This document shows positions 18,254-40,489 of a stretch of DNA of 64,000 nucleotides, piece by piece. The first letter of the stretch is position 1, and every line of letters begins with the position of its first letter. A program made the position numbers and the translations under genes. Origin of the DNA: Salpingoeca rosetta (lineage: Eukaryota > Protista > Choanoflagellata); the NCBI GenBank assembly GCA_033442325.1, contig JAWQFM010000019.1, positions 467,099-531,098 on the forward strand, given 5' to 3'. The notes under the pieces are model-generated. The model saw only the letters and a list, made by a program, of their open reading frames with translations. It did no database searches and was not told the DNA's origin.

Positions 18254-19787
18254 ATGGCCACGACAGATATGGCGGCGTATTGCTTTGGTGTGTTGGAGTC
18301 ACACCTGCACGACAAGGACCACCCGGAGCCTTCCTTCGACGATGGCGAATTGTGAGACAGCCAACGTTGCACTTGCTGCCTGGCTGTTGTCGTTGCAGCG
18401 TTGTTGTCGTTGTTGTCTTTGCTGATTGTTGGTCGCTGCACCACAGCTGTTGTCATATCTCGTTTCTCTTGGTTTCTTTTCGTTCCCTTGGCACCTTCCA
18501 CGGCCACATCTGTGCTTCTTCTCCTTGCTTTGCGTTGGTCATCTGTTTCCACCCCATATGCTCACACAACTTTGTCCCACTCGTATGGCCTGGTGTGGTT
18601 TTGTTGCTGTTTCTCTTTGCCCTCACCTCACCGCTCTCGCTCCATCAGCCCGCTCTTTGTGACTTGGAAGAAGTGGCACGACCGCTACGAGGACTGGGTC
18701 CTGCGCGGTTGCATCGGCACCTTCTCTCCCACACCCCTCCACGAAGGTCTTCGCGAATTTGCGCTCACAAGGTACGCAAGCCCCCGGCGGATCACAGTGC
18801 TAATGGGTGTCTTGCTGCGTGTCTTTCGCTTGCCTGGCTGTCGCTTGTCTTGCGCTGCTGCTGCTTGTCTGCTGTTGGATCAGCTGTATCCTGGCTTGCT
18901 TGCTTGCTGGCTGGCTTGCTTGCTTGCTGGCTTGCTTGCTGGTTTTTCAGCCCCCGTCGCCCCGCCCTCAACCTTTGCCCACCTCTTGCTGCAACAATGC
19001 AGTGCGCTGAGGGACACGAGGTTTGATCCCGTGTCGCGGGAAGAGCTCGCCACGCTGCAGTGCGGCATCTCCCTCCTCACAAACTTTGAGGATGCAGAAC
19101 ACCACCTCGACTGGGAGGTATGTCGCTTGCAATCATGAGCATATGGATGTCCGATGATGTGTTCGATGATGTGCATTGACTTGTGCTGACGTGCATTGAT
19201 TTGCGTTGGTTGCGTTTGCTGTGCAACCCACTGGCTCTTTCGCTCTGCTTGTCACAGTTCCTCTGGCTGCTCACAGCCTGGTGCTTCTTCGTGATTATCT
19301 GCTTCTGTGCTGACTCATATTGGTGATACGCATGTGGATGGCATCTGGATGGCAGGTGGGCACACACGGCATTTGGATCGAGTTCAAGCACGAGAGTGGC
19401 CGCAAGCGCACGGCCACGTTCCTCCCCGAAGTCATGCCAGAGCAAGGTGCGTGCGTGCGTGCGTGTGTGTGTGTGTACATGTGTGTGTGTGCATGTTTGC
19501 ATGCCGTTGTTTGTTGCACCAACCATATGAAGCAAGGAGTAGGGCGATGGGTCGCACCCTTGTGTTCCCGTGTCGGTTTCTCATTCATCCCCCCCCCTTT
19601 CCCGCTACAACACGCAGGTTGGAGCAAAGTGGAGGCCATTGACGCTTTGCTGCGCAAGGGCGGCTACACATCCAAGATCACGGAGGAGTACAGGAAGACT
19701 GTCAAGCTCACCCGCTACAAGAGCCACAAGATTGCACTCTCATATGAGGAGTGGAAGACCGCTGCATCATCGTCAAAGTCCGACTGA
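18254..19787 (+). CDS. AMMECR1: AMMECR1 family protein (5 exons)
   Basis: MATTDMAAYCFGVL...; PLFVTWKK...LRGCIGTF (family signature); SALRDTRFDPV...SLLTNFE...LDWE/VGTHGIWIEF...ATFLPEVMPEQG/WSKVEAIDALLRKGGY. Four GT-AG introns splice in frame; stop at 19785-19787. Confidence 0.95.
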
Positions 19788-19931
19788 AACAACGCCCCCC
19801 CCCCCATCTCTGGTGCTCTGTTTATGTTCTGGTTATGTTCCCCTTCAATGGCGTGACTGTGTTTGACGTGTGCTGATGTGTGCTGAGCTGTTGTTGCATT
19901 CGATCTTGACTTGCTCCTTCTTCGCACTTGC

Positions 19932-19995
<64 letters not shown>

Positions 19996-20577
19996 CATGT
20001 GACGACCCCTTTACCGCCGCGCTCGTATCGCGCCCCCTTCCCTTCCTTATTCATGCACTGTTATTTGGCGTTGTTGCGTGGTGGCCCTACTCAATGTGCG
20101 CTTTTGCTGTTGTTGCCTGACCTTGGTCGTGTACTGGGTGTGTCCCTGACCTGCTGCACGCTCCCCCGTGCACACATGAACAACACCGTGAAGACAAAAA
20201 GTAAAACAGTCACGAAAACCTCAGTGAGAGAGCCGCCCCAAATGACTCAAGCGCGTCGTCCAGGAATGAATGATGCAAACATGCGAGCACGGCGCAGCAG
20301 CGACAGGGGAGGGGCGTGCCCTCTCAAGCAAACAACAAAACCGAAAGAACTAACGTAGGGCGCAAGCCGGACACAGGGAACCAAAGAGAGGAGAAGGAAC
20401 TCAGGAATAGGTGTCACGTCATGTCAACAAATTCAAAGTAGGTAAAAGTGGCGTGGGGGTTGGTGGATTGGAAATGGGGTCAACGCGTACAGCTGACACG
20501 TTGCGTGCAAGCAAGCAAGCAAGCAAGCATCACCAACAACGTGTTGTTGTTGTTGTCGCAACCGCTGCTGTCGCCGC

Positions 20578-24576
<3,999 letters not shown>

Positions 24577-24850
24577 GACGACTGCTTTGCTGGTTGCTGG
24601 TTGCTGGCGGCGGTGGAGCGAAGACAACAAGACGATGAAAGGAAGGAAGCAGAGGTGGCGCGATATTGGGCACAAACAGGAACAGAAGCGAGGGAAAAAA
24701 GGCACGTGGTGGATAGGATGGAGAGGCCTTCAGAGTGCGCACTTTGTGTGGGGAATTGCCAGGGAGCGACGAAACATACACTGCACACGGGAAACATACG
24801 CAAACCACCACTGCAAGAAGAAGAGAAGAAGAGAAGAGACAAGCGAGAGG

Positions 24851-26128
24851 ATGATGATGGCTGGTGTGACCCGTGTTGCTGGCCGGCGGTGGCTCTCTGC
24901 CGCTGCTGCCGCAACAGCCACGGCTGCTGAGACCCGCGTCACCACGCTCAACAACGGCTTCCGTGTCGTCACAGAGCAGGTGTGCTTTCTGATGCAGTGA
25001 TGTGTGTGTGTTGGGAGTGTGTGTTGGGAGGGGGGGGGAGCCTGCAGTCAAGTGTGAAGGGTGGTGTGAAGGGTGGTGTGGTTGCAGAGTGTTGCATCGT
25101 CGGGGGGACAATGAGTGACACTGGCTCACGCCCGCCTGCATGTCCGCACACACTGCATTGGCCTTTGCGAATTGTGTTTGGTTGGACGTGTGTGTGTGTT
25201 TGTGTAGACGCCGCACCAGACGGCCNNNNNNNNNNNNNNNNNNNNNNNNNNNNNNNNNNNNNNNNNNNNNNNNNNNNNNNNNNNNNNNNNNNNNNNNNNN
25301 NNNNNNNNNNNNNNNNNNNNNNNNNNNNNNNNNNNNNNNNNNNNNNNNNNNNNNNNNNNNNNNNNNNNNNNNNNNNNNNNNNNNNNNNNNNNNNNNNNNN
25401 NNNNNNNNNNNNNNNNNNNNNNNNNNNNNNNNNNNNNNNNNNNNNNNNNNNNNNNNNNNNNNNNNNNNNNNNNNNNNNNNNNNNNNNNNNNNNNNNNNNN
25501 NNNNNNNNNNNNNNNNNNNNNNNNNNNNNNNNNNNNNNNNNNNNNNNNNNNNNNNNNNNNNNNNNNNNNNNNNNNNNNNNNNNNNNNNNNNNNNNNNNNN
25601 NNNNNNNNNNNNNNNNNNNNNNNNNNNNNNNNNNNNNNNNNNNNNNNNNNNNNNNNNNNNNNNNNNNNNNNNNNNNNNNNNNNNNNNNNNNNNNNNNNNN
25701 NNNNNNNNNNNNNNNNNNNNNNNNNNNNNNNNNNNNNNNNNNNNNNNNNNNNNNNNNNNNNNNNNNNNNNNNNNNNNNNNNNNNNNNNNNNNNNNNNNNN
25801 NNNNNNNNNNNNNNNNNNNNNNNNNNNNNNNNNNNNNNNNNNNNNNNNNNNNNNNNNNNNNNNNNNNNNNNNNNNNNNNNNNNNNNNNNNNNNNNNNNNN
25901 NNNNNNNNNNNNNNNNNNNNNNNNNNNNNNNNNNNNNNNNNNNNNNNNNNNNNNNNNNNNNNNNNNNNNNNNNNNNNNNNNNNNNNNNNNNNNNNGCTCA
26001 CACGACGAATTGCTTGTCTGTGCTGCTGTGCTGTGCAGAACTCCCCACTCGGCTACACCATCCTCGGCCCCGAGGAGAACATCAAGTCAGTCAAGTCAAC
26101 ACACGGTCATGTACCGTCATGCAACATG

Positions 26129-26187
<59 letters not shown>

Positions 26188-26564
26188 GAAGCAAAACATT
26201 GTGCTGTCTCGCCACAACCACCCCTCTACACTCACCACCCCTCCTTTCCAAAACATGATGCTCACGCCACGCACGCATCCCGCCACTGCAGGTCCATCTC
26301 GCGCGAGGACCTGATCAAGTACGTGGAGACGTACTACACGGGCCCGCGCATGGTGCTGGTTGGCACGGGCGGCGTCGACCACGACCAGCTCGTTGCTGCC
26401 GCTGAGAAGGCGTTTGGCGGCCTCTCCGCCGACGACAAGGCCCCCGCCGTCACCACATCCGACTTCCACGGCTCCGAGGTGCGTTGCATTCGTGTGTGCA
26501 CGTGTTTGTGTGAGTATGTGCGTGTGTGTTTGTGTGAGTATGTGTGTGAATGTGAGTGAGTGAG

Positions 26565-26601
<37 letters not shown>

Positions 26602-28299
26602 CTGTGTGAATGTGTGGCTGATGCAACAATTCATCCCAGGTCATCGTGCATCACCTACATTGCCCACCACGTCCCTAACCGATGTGTGTGTGTGTGTGTG
26701 TGTGTGTGCAGCTGCGCTTCCGCGATGACAGCGAGCAGACGGCCAAGTTTGCGATTGCCGTTGAGGGCGTCAGCTGGAGCGATCCCGACTTTTACTCCAT
26801 GCTCGTCGGCTCATCCGTACGTTGGGCAGATGTCATGGAGATTCTTCTGCGTGTTACTGCTGCTGTCACTGCTGCTGTCGTGCTTACTACAGCCTCCTTG
26901 CTTGCTTCCACGTGTCTTTGCAAGCGGATGAGTTTTGCCACCTCACACATCCTGTCCTCCTTCCCATCACACATGCGCACTCACCCTCACTCTCCTCATC
27001 CATCGTGACGATGCAAAACACCACCAACACCACCAACACCACCAACACTACCAACACTACCAACACTACCAACACTACCCATGTGTGTGTGTGTGTGTGC
27101 GTGCGTGTGTGCACAGCTTGTTGGCAGCTGGGACCGCAACTTTGGCGGCTCAGCCAACCTGTCGTCCCCGCTTGCCCGCCTCGCTGCGGAGCACTCGCTG
27201 GCCCACAACTACATGTCGTTCCAGACGTCGTACACGGACACGGGCCTGTGGGGCTGCTACGCCGTCACGGACTACGACAAGATTGAGGACTTTGCCTACG
27301 CCCTCACCCAGGAGTGGCTGCGCCTGGCCAACGTATGTTATGTGCTGCTGGCTGGAAGGCGTGACCAGGGGGTTGATGGGTTGATGTGGCGCAGGCTTGC
27401 TTGGAAGCAACGAGTCGCGTGTGACCCGCAATGTTCTCGTCTGTGTTCCTTTCTGTGTTGTCTTCTCTTTCATAACTTATGTCCGCAATGGATATCCTGT
27501 TCTCCACATACCGCTCGTCCGTGCCGCGGTGTTCAGGGCGCGACGGATGCCGAGGTTGAGCGCGTGAAGCGCCAGCTCAAGTCCCAGCTCATCTTCTCCG
27601 TCGACAGTACGTAACACACACACACACACACACAGACAGAGTGCCGATGTGTTGTTTTTGTTCCTTGCTGCTGTCATCGAGCGTATTGTCACTTGTGTGG
27701 TCACGGTGACCACTGCATTGTGACACTATTTGACCACCGCAGAACGTGTTCTCCCACGTGAATAACATCACCTCTTTCGACGCTTTCTCCCCACCCTCTC
27801 CAATTGCCATCGCAACAGGTGCACAGGCGGCCAACGATGAGATTGGACGGCAGATTCTGACCCTGGGTCGCCGCGTCCCTGCTGCCGAGATCAACGCCCT
27901 CCTCGACGTGAGCAGCCCTCAGTACACGCTGCTGCATGTTGTTGTTTAAGTTGTTGTTTGTTTCAGTTGTTGTTTAAGTTGTTGTTGTTGCTGTTGCTGA
28001 TGATGATGGTGGCGACGGTGGTCACACACGCACACACACACACACACACGCACGCACACACACATATGTGCCTGATTGTCTTCGCTTTTCTGTTGACCCA
28101 AATCATTTCCGCTCCTCTTCCCCTTCCCTCTACCCCCTCTTCTTTTTTGGTTTTACAGTCTGTGAGCTCGTCGACTGTGCGGTCTGCGATGGACAAGTAC
28201 GTGTACGACCGCTGCCCGGCCGTCGCCGCCATTGGACCCGTCGAGCAGCTCCCAGACTACAACCGCCTCCGCAGCAACCTCGTCTGGCTCCGCACCTGA
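24851..28299 (+). CDS. PMPCB: Mitochondrial processing peptidase beta subunit / cytochrome bc1 core 1 (M16 family); middle exons in the gap
   Basis: Presequence-like N-terminus, then ETRVTTLNNGFRV; PLGYTILGPEENIK; YYTGPRMVLVGTGGVDH; GSWDRNFGG; SFQTSYTDTGLWG; EIGRQILTLGRR; GPVEQLPDYNRLRSNLVWLRT, stop at 28299. The HXXEH region falls in gap 25226-25995, so catalytic status is not visible. Confidence 0.9.
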
Positions 28300-28834
28300 G
28301 CATACGCACCAACACACGTCATCCAACCAACCAACCGTCCAGCCAACCAACCAACCAACAAACACCTTTGGATCATCCCCCTTCCTGCTCCCAAACAACC
28401 CTTGCATCCTGCAGCCAAGCTTGTCCCTTCAGCATCCTCTGTCCTTGCTCTGTGCTATGATGTCGCGTTCTGCGTGCTCATCTGCTGTTGATGTTGTGGT
28501 GCTGTGATGAGCATCTTGGTGTTTATGCAGCTACTGTCGTCGTGACATCACATCACACGTGTTTGTTCGTCACTTCACACATGTGTTTGTTTTTCTGTAT
28601 GCACCTCGTCAGTGCTCTGTGCTGCGAATGCCATTGCCTGTTGTCGTTGTGATAAGTGTTTCTGTTGTCGCTTGTTCGGTTTCGTCTAAAGCATGAAGAG
28701 AAGAAGAATGAAGCAATAGCGCGTATGCTCAATCATGTCATGTCATTTCATGTGGAACAGGGGCGTCAACAGAATGCTTGCACGAAGCTGCTGCATTATT
28801 GACAATCATACATGCAGTCGTGTTGCCTCGCCTG

Positions 28835-28876
<42 letters not shown>

Positions 28877-28966
28877 CTCACACACACACACACACACACA
28901 CACACGCATACACATACACACACGCACACACGCACACACACATTATGCACACACATACGCCGGCTC

Positions 28967-29749
28967 TCAAATCTCCAACCCGGCAAACCTGTTCTGGGCA
29001 CTGCTGACACTGCTGTTCTTCGACTGCTTTGTTTTGTTACCACTGTGCTTGCCACCTCTCCCTGCTGCGCGTTGCTTTCCCTTTCCGTGCTTCGGTCGCT
29101 GCTGCTGCTGCTGTGACCATCCCCCCTGCTGTCTGTGATTGTGTGGTGCCTGTGTCTGCGTCTGCTGCCGTCGCAGCATCTCTCGGGCAGCTGTTGCCAC
29201 GTGTGCTAGAACAGCTCCGCATGTGCCGCCCCACACCGCAGCATACTCCGTTTGTGTGCATGCCGAGCCACGTGCATCAGTTGCAGTGCGTGTGTCGGGT
29301 TTGCTGACGTCACCACATGCAAATGCACGAAACGCGTGTGCGTCAAAGAGACGACTGGAGAGCCACGCCAGCTGCAACACACCAGCATCGTCATCATCAT
29401 CGCTTTCATCGTCATCGTTGTCGTTGTCATCATCATCATCACAGACACGCCCACACTCATCACGATCGTGCGCTGATGGTGCACTCGAGTTCTCTGTGCA
29501 CATGTGCAGTTTGCGCACACCGGCGACAAGGACCGCAAACGCCTGCACGGTCGTCTGCCACTTGCTCAGGTCATCAAGCAACAGCGTCGTGGCGTGTTCC
29601 TCGTCACTGCACTCACCACCGACACCAACACCAGCACCACTCCTCGCTGGGCTGCTTGTTGTCTGCTGTTGGCCCAGGCCATCAGAGCTCCTCTGTTGGA
29701 ACAGCATGCGGCCCCTCGCCACAGCCGCATCATAAACAGAGCTGTCAAG

Positions 29750-29838
<89 letters not shown>

Positions 29839-32731
29839 GCGAAAGCAGCAATGCCTGCAGTAGACGTGATAGCGTTCGCGTGTGCCGTGCTGCCGCCGCG
29901 TTGTGAAGCGACGCAAACACGGCAACAAGCACCCCTGCAGTCCAACATGCGTGCCATAGTGCTGCTCTGCCCGACAGCTCACGCCGCTGCCGTTGGTGCT
30001 GGTGCGGCTGTTGTTTGTGTTGCTGTGACTGCTGTTGCCGTAGACAGGGTCCATGTGTGTGGAAGTCGCAGTACTGCCGGCTCAGCATATCTGCCAGCGC
30101 TGGCAGCAGCAGCCCAGCATCCCGTAAGCGCACGAGAAACGCCACGTCTTGTCCATAACTCCCCGCCAATGATGCGTCCGATGCTGGTGCTTGTAAGTGC
30201 GGCGTTGTGTGTATTGGCGTGGGCTGTGTTGTGCGACGACGGTACTGTGCATGGTGGGGTACGTGGTACGAGGCACTGCTGCTGCCCGCGCTACCAACAC
30301 GGCGGTGGCACTGGGAGGCGTCACATCCATAGAAGGTGGTGGTCACCGACACCTTGGTCACGCCCTCGAGAGGGGAAGGACGGGTGCGTGGTTTGGGAGC
30401 TGTGGGAGTGTGCGCTGGCTGCTCTGTCTTCATTGAAGGTGGCGATGATGTTAACATGACTGCGGAAGACGATGACGACGGCGACACTTTCGCTGCTGCT
30501 GTTGTTGTTGTTGCTGTTGTTGTTGATGCTTCTCCTGCTGCCGATAATAACGAAAGAGCAGAGGTCAGGGCTTGTGCGGCCGCGTGTTGAAGCAGGGAGC
30601 AGGCGAGGGTGTTTGCGTCGATTCCCACGGTGCTGTCAACGGCAGGCTCCGCCCGCCCCTCCAGCTGCACAAGCAGCTCATAGCGGCGTGAAAGTGGCGC
30701 TGTTGAACGGTCGCTGTCTGTGTGGCTGCAGCCCGCTGGAGTGCTGTCTTGCTTGTGCGAGTGATGACATTCACCATCCCCATTCCCACATGCTGCACCA
30801 TCATCACCGTGGCGTATGCCATCGTCACCACCATCAACTCTGTCACCATCGTCACCTCCTTCACCACCACCTTCATCGTCGACTGCTCCTGGCGTGATGT
30901 GTTGTGCTGTCTGTAAGTTGCCATGCACTGGCTTGAGCCGTGCCGTGGACACGGAGCACGGCAGCAGCACCAAGGCAAGTAGGTTGCCTGTGAGCAAGTA
31001 GTGGTTATAGAGGAAGCGTGCCAGCACTAGCCACACGGCATCCTGCAGTTGCTGCCCTTGTCCAGCAGCAAATGAGAGCCACGATGCATGGCGCTGGTGC
31101 ACAGATATGAGGTTTGTTGCCGCTGTAGCTGTTGCAGCAGCTGTTGTTGTTGTTGTTGTTGTTGTTGCCGGCATAGCTGTTGTTGCTGCATGACCTTTGG
31201 TGTTGACATGCTCGCTGTCCGTCCTCGCAGCGGCAGTCGAGCCATCGCCGCCACCAGCACGCGTCTTTGAGCGTGCATCACACCTGACATCATCATCATC
31301 ACCACCATCACCAACCACCGCACCCGCAGCCATCTCGCCATCAGCACGGCTGGTCTGCATGATGTTGTGGCGCCAGGTCGGGTTGCGGGCAAGGAGCAAA
31401 CCTGTTGGCAGTGGCACGTCCAGCCACATGCCCGGGCTTGTGTCCTTCGCTGACGACAGAGCACCCGATATGAGGCGCGGGCTTCCTTCATTGCCCTTTC
31501 CTCGCTTCTGAGGTCCTTTCTTGTTCTTGTGCTTCTTGTGCTTCTTGCCCTTCTTGTTCTTCTTCCCCTGCTGGCTTTGCTGGCCTTGAGGATGACGTTG
31601 CACAGTACGCTTGTCAGCGCCATTGCCACCATCCCCTTGCTTCCCTGCACCCTTGCTCCCCTCTGGGCCCTCTCCCTCTCTCCGCTTCTTCTGCGCGCTC
31701 AGCCATCGCTGCCGGGCGGCGGCTACAGCGGTTTGCTGTTGTGCGTACTGGGCAACGCTGAACCGGAACGCCTTTGCGTTTGCCTTGGAGAGCGGCGATC
31801 GAAGTCGAGACAGCACGTGGTCTGCAATGCAACAGGCAAGGTCGTTGTCTGCATGAACCGTGGGGTCGGTGGGAGAGTTGTTACTGCTGGGGCTGGTGGC
31901 TGTCGCACGGCAGATGTAGCTGCGGTGGTAGGCGCGTGTTGCGGTGTTGACAAGTTCGGCTGCTGCGCCAAAGCTGCCACCCGTGTGATCGGCGGTGATG
32001 AAGTGCCGTGTGTAGTCGTTGCCAACGAGGGTTGCCCATACGCAGAGCTGCGCCTGTGACTGCAGTCCCAGCTGTAGCATCAGCGCACGCTGATCGAAGA
32101 CGACGGCGGAGATGGAGGTGCCATCGTCCGTGGCGCAGAACGAGGAAAGCGGGAGGTACCTGGAGTTGTAGATGTAAAAGTCCGAGTCGAGGGTGAGCGC
32201 ATACCCATCGAGGGCATTGGCGAGCACGGCGATCATGGCGTCGCCTTCGTCGATGCAGTGGATAAGGCTGATGCGGCGGTGGAAGTTGGCGAGGAGAAGA
32301 TGGGTCATGTACGCAAACAAGCTTCGAGGCAGCAAGGTGGTGTAGGGGCGAGCACCGGATTGGGTGCTCTTCCAGCCCGGCTGCGCGAGCTTGTCGTAGA
32401 GGTACTTGGCCAGGCGCACCTGCTGCACGAGTCGGTCCTGCGTCGTGGTCTTCTTCCAGGCTGGGGATGGCCCGTCCATGACAACGACGACGTGTGAAAA
32501 GCAGGCTGCCATGGCCCCCACCTCCTCGAGCACGACCATCTCGAAGCGGTCTGTGTTGGCGATGGGCATGTCTGCGACATGCGCTCTGCGCGCCAGGTGA
32601 TAGACGAGCGCATGCCCGTCCACGACCAGCGGGTGTTTCTCGCTGTCTTTGCTCTCTGCCCTGAACGTCACCCGCTCGCCCAAGCCATTCTTCTTGCCCT
32701 GCACAAACCCAGTCAGCCCTTGCACACCCAT
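28967..32731 (-). CDS. ASTE1: Intronless Asteroid/FAM120-like PIN (XPG-family) nuclease with long low-complexity insertions
   Basis: MGVQGLTGFV start (ATG 32731), LVVDGHAL, VVMDGPSP..KK, DEGD, LDSDFYIY..YLPL and ATLVGNDY are PIN/Asteroid motifs. Single ORF to the stop at 28967; includes a polyQ tract. Confidence 0.8.
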
Positions 32732-32943
32732 CTGCGCTGTTGTTGTTGTTGTTTGTTGTGTGAAGCACACGACAAGAATGGTCATTCATCAACGACGAGG
32801 GGAGTCATTGAAGTGAAAGGAAGGAGGTCAGCAGACAGAAGGGGAGCAAGGCTGGAATATTGAACGACCAACAGACGCCAGGCAGTGGTACCACTGTAAG
32901 AAAGGTGTCAGATAACACAAATCACACACAAATCACACACAAA

Positions 32944-33003
<60 letters not shown>

Positions 33004-33089
33004 CACGAATGAGAGCAATACAGGCAAAGGGAGTGCAAAAGGAAGCGGCCACAGAGCTGGCTAGAAGACGGGAAAGCAAACAGACAAGC

Positions 33090-38725
<5,636 letters not shown>

Positions 38726-38924
38726 GTGACGTGGTTGTTGTTGTGGTTGTTGTGCTAGCGTGCTGATGGGTCGTTGTGTTGTGTGTATTGGTCGTGCAAG
38801 CGTTTGGTTTTGACGTGCGTGGTTGGGTGTTCACCGTTGTTGTGTTTGTTGGTTGGTTGGTGGCGCTTGTTTCGTTGTTGGTGCTTGCACTGTTTGCTGT
38901 TGTGTCTGCGTGTCTCGTGCACAG

Positions 38925-38962
<38 letters not shown>

Positions 38963-39585
38963 CAGCACATGCGTCATGCGAAGCATACGCACCCTCTTCC
39001 TTGCTTGCTTGTCGAGTGCGTTGTTGGATGATGCGAAGCAACTGACGACAGCAGAGAGGGTTGTGCACACACCTGATGACGACGCCAATGTGGTGCTGGC
39101 TTGTGGTTGTTGGTTGTTGTTGGTTGTTGGTTGTTGGTGGTGCGCGCGTGTGCTTGCGTCGATCGTTGTGGTCGCCGTTTGCTTTGTGCTGCTTCTTGCT
39201 TCTTGTTGCTTTGCTTCTTGTTGTTCGAGCCTGCTGCCTGCTGCGTTTGCTTGTGCTTGTTGAGGGCTTCAGGTTGCCCTCGATTGTTTCCCTATTTTGG
39301 ACGCATTGCTCGTGCTGTCGGGGCGTTGCGAGTCCACTTCCTGGCAGTGCCGGGACAAAACGGTTATGTCGTCATGCGTCGTGCGTGATCCCGTGTGACA
39401 ACAACCCATCGCGCAACCGTGCGTTGCTCGACAACCACCACGGCGGCACCGGGACACTTTGCCGCTTTGAAAATTCGACGCTGCCGCGCGCACTTTGAAA
39501 CCCATGGCAGAAAATAAAAAGTTATGAAGGTGATTCGATGATGATTTAATTGCAGTGAGTTGGTAGCGCCGCGAAACGTTTGAAC

Positions 39586-39630
<45 letters not shown>

Positions 39631-39633
<3 letters not shown>

Positions 39634-40250
39634 ATTTCTTCTACGAACGTGGGGAGCCTCCAGACCTAGGTAGACAACGTAACGGGATTTAAAGCCAACG
39701 TAGCATCCATAATCTCTTCGTCTTAAAAACGTCCAGAGTCCTCCAAGAATGTCCGCCGCGTTCAAGGCACGCATGCACCAATTCCCGGTTAGTGGTACAA
39801 GGCTGAAGCCGCACTCGCACCATAGCTGGAGCGAAAAAGCCAGCCCTTTTAATTAGCTATTTAGTAGTACACCGTTAGGTCTTAGTGTGTTGGTACAGAA
39901 TAGCGCAGTGCACAAATTTGGGAAGACGGCGGCATTCTGACTATACTTAGCGCCGTCTCAATGCACACAGGCGGAGTTCTGTCTATGGGTGGGATGCAAC
40001 GGGAATGAGATATCTTACCTATCTTCCACCCTTAAATGACGTGCACCCTGATGCGCGAGTCTTCTTCGCCAAAGCCTGGGCGGTTAAGAGCGGATCTAAC
40101 CACCGGGCCAAGGGCGGCATACCGGATCATGCTTGCGCTTCTCACGGTTGGTTTCCTCTTACAACTCTAAGCTTCACTAACGACGCGCGCCTTCTAAATA
40201 CCGAATCCTCCATCCCTATCCAAACTAGATGCAACAAGCTTTTTACATCG
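39631..40250 (+). other. Compositionally distinct non-coding island with multiple predicted hairpins (candidate structured ncRNA or non-autonomous element)
   Basis: No microsatellites; about 40 TpA dinucleotides in 620 nt by eye, although TpA is visibly scarce elsewhere. No recognisable protein. Several nested stems, a T5 run at 40240-40244, and flanking (GA)n and (TG)n tracts. Confidence 0.4.
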
Positions 40251-40489
40251 AGTGTGTGTGTGTGTGTGTGCGTGCGTGCGTGTGTCTCACTCACACACAC
40301 ACATACACACACACTCTCTCTCCCCGTCTCGCTCTCTCTGCGCGTAAGGACGAGTTGAAACCCACTGTTGAAACGAAAGAGGTTTTCTTAGATGGTGTCG
40401 ACTCTTGGAACAAAAAGGACAGCAGTTACATTACACACATAAACACACATAAACACACACACACATAAACACACATAAACACACGTCCA

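Noticed and set aside
17494-19026. 510-aa + strand ORF
   Set aside because: Runs antisense to CENP-P exons and out of frame through AMMECR1 exons and introns; no coherent protein.
39939-39948. U3 snoRNA 5' motif GACTATACTT
   Set aside because: No adjacent box A (GGATCATTTC) and no correctly spaced B/C/D boxes.
39631-40250. Telomerase RNA, RNase P/MRP, SRP or spliceosomal snRNA identity for the island
   Set aside because: No CTAACCCT template, no matching CR-I/CR-V P4 pair, and no Alu/S-domain or U2/U5/U6 signatures seen on either strand.
40005-40358. 117-aa ORF in the island
   Set aside because: No recognisable motif, atypical codon usage, and it runs into a microsatellite.
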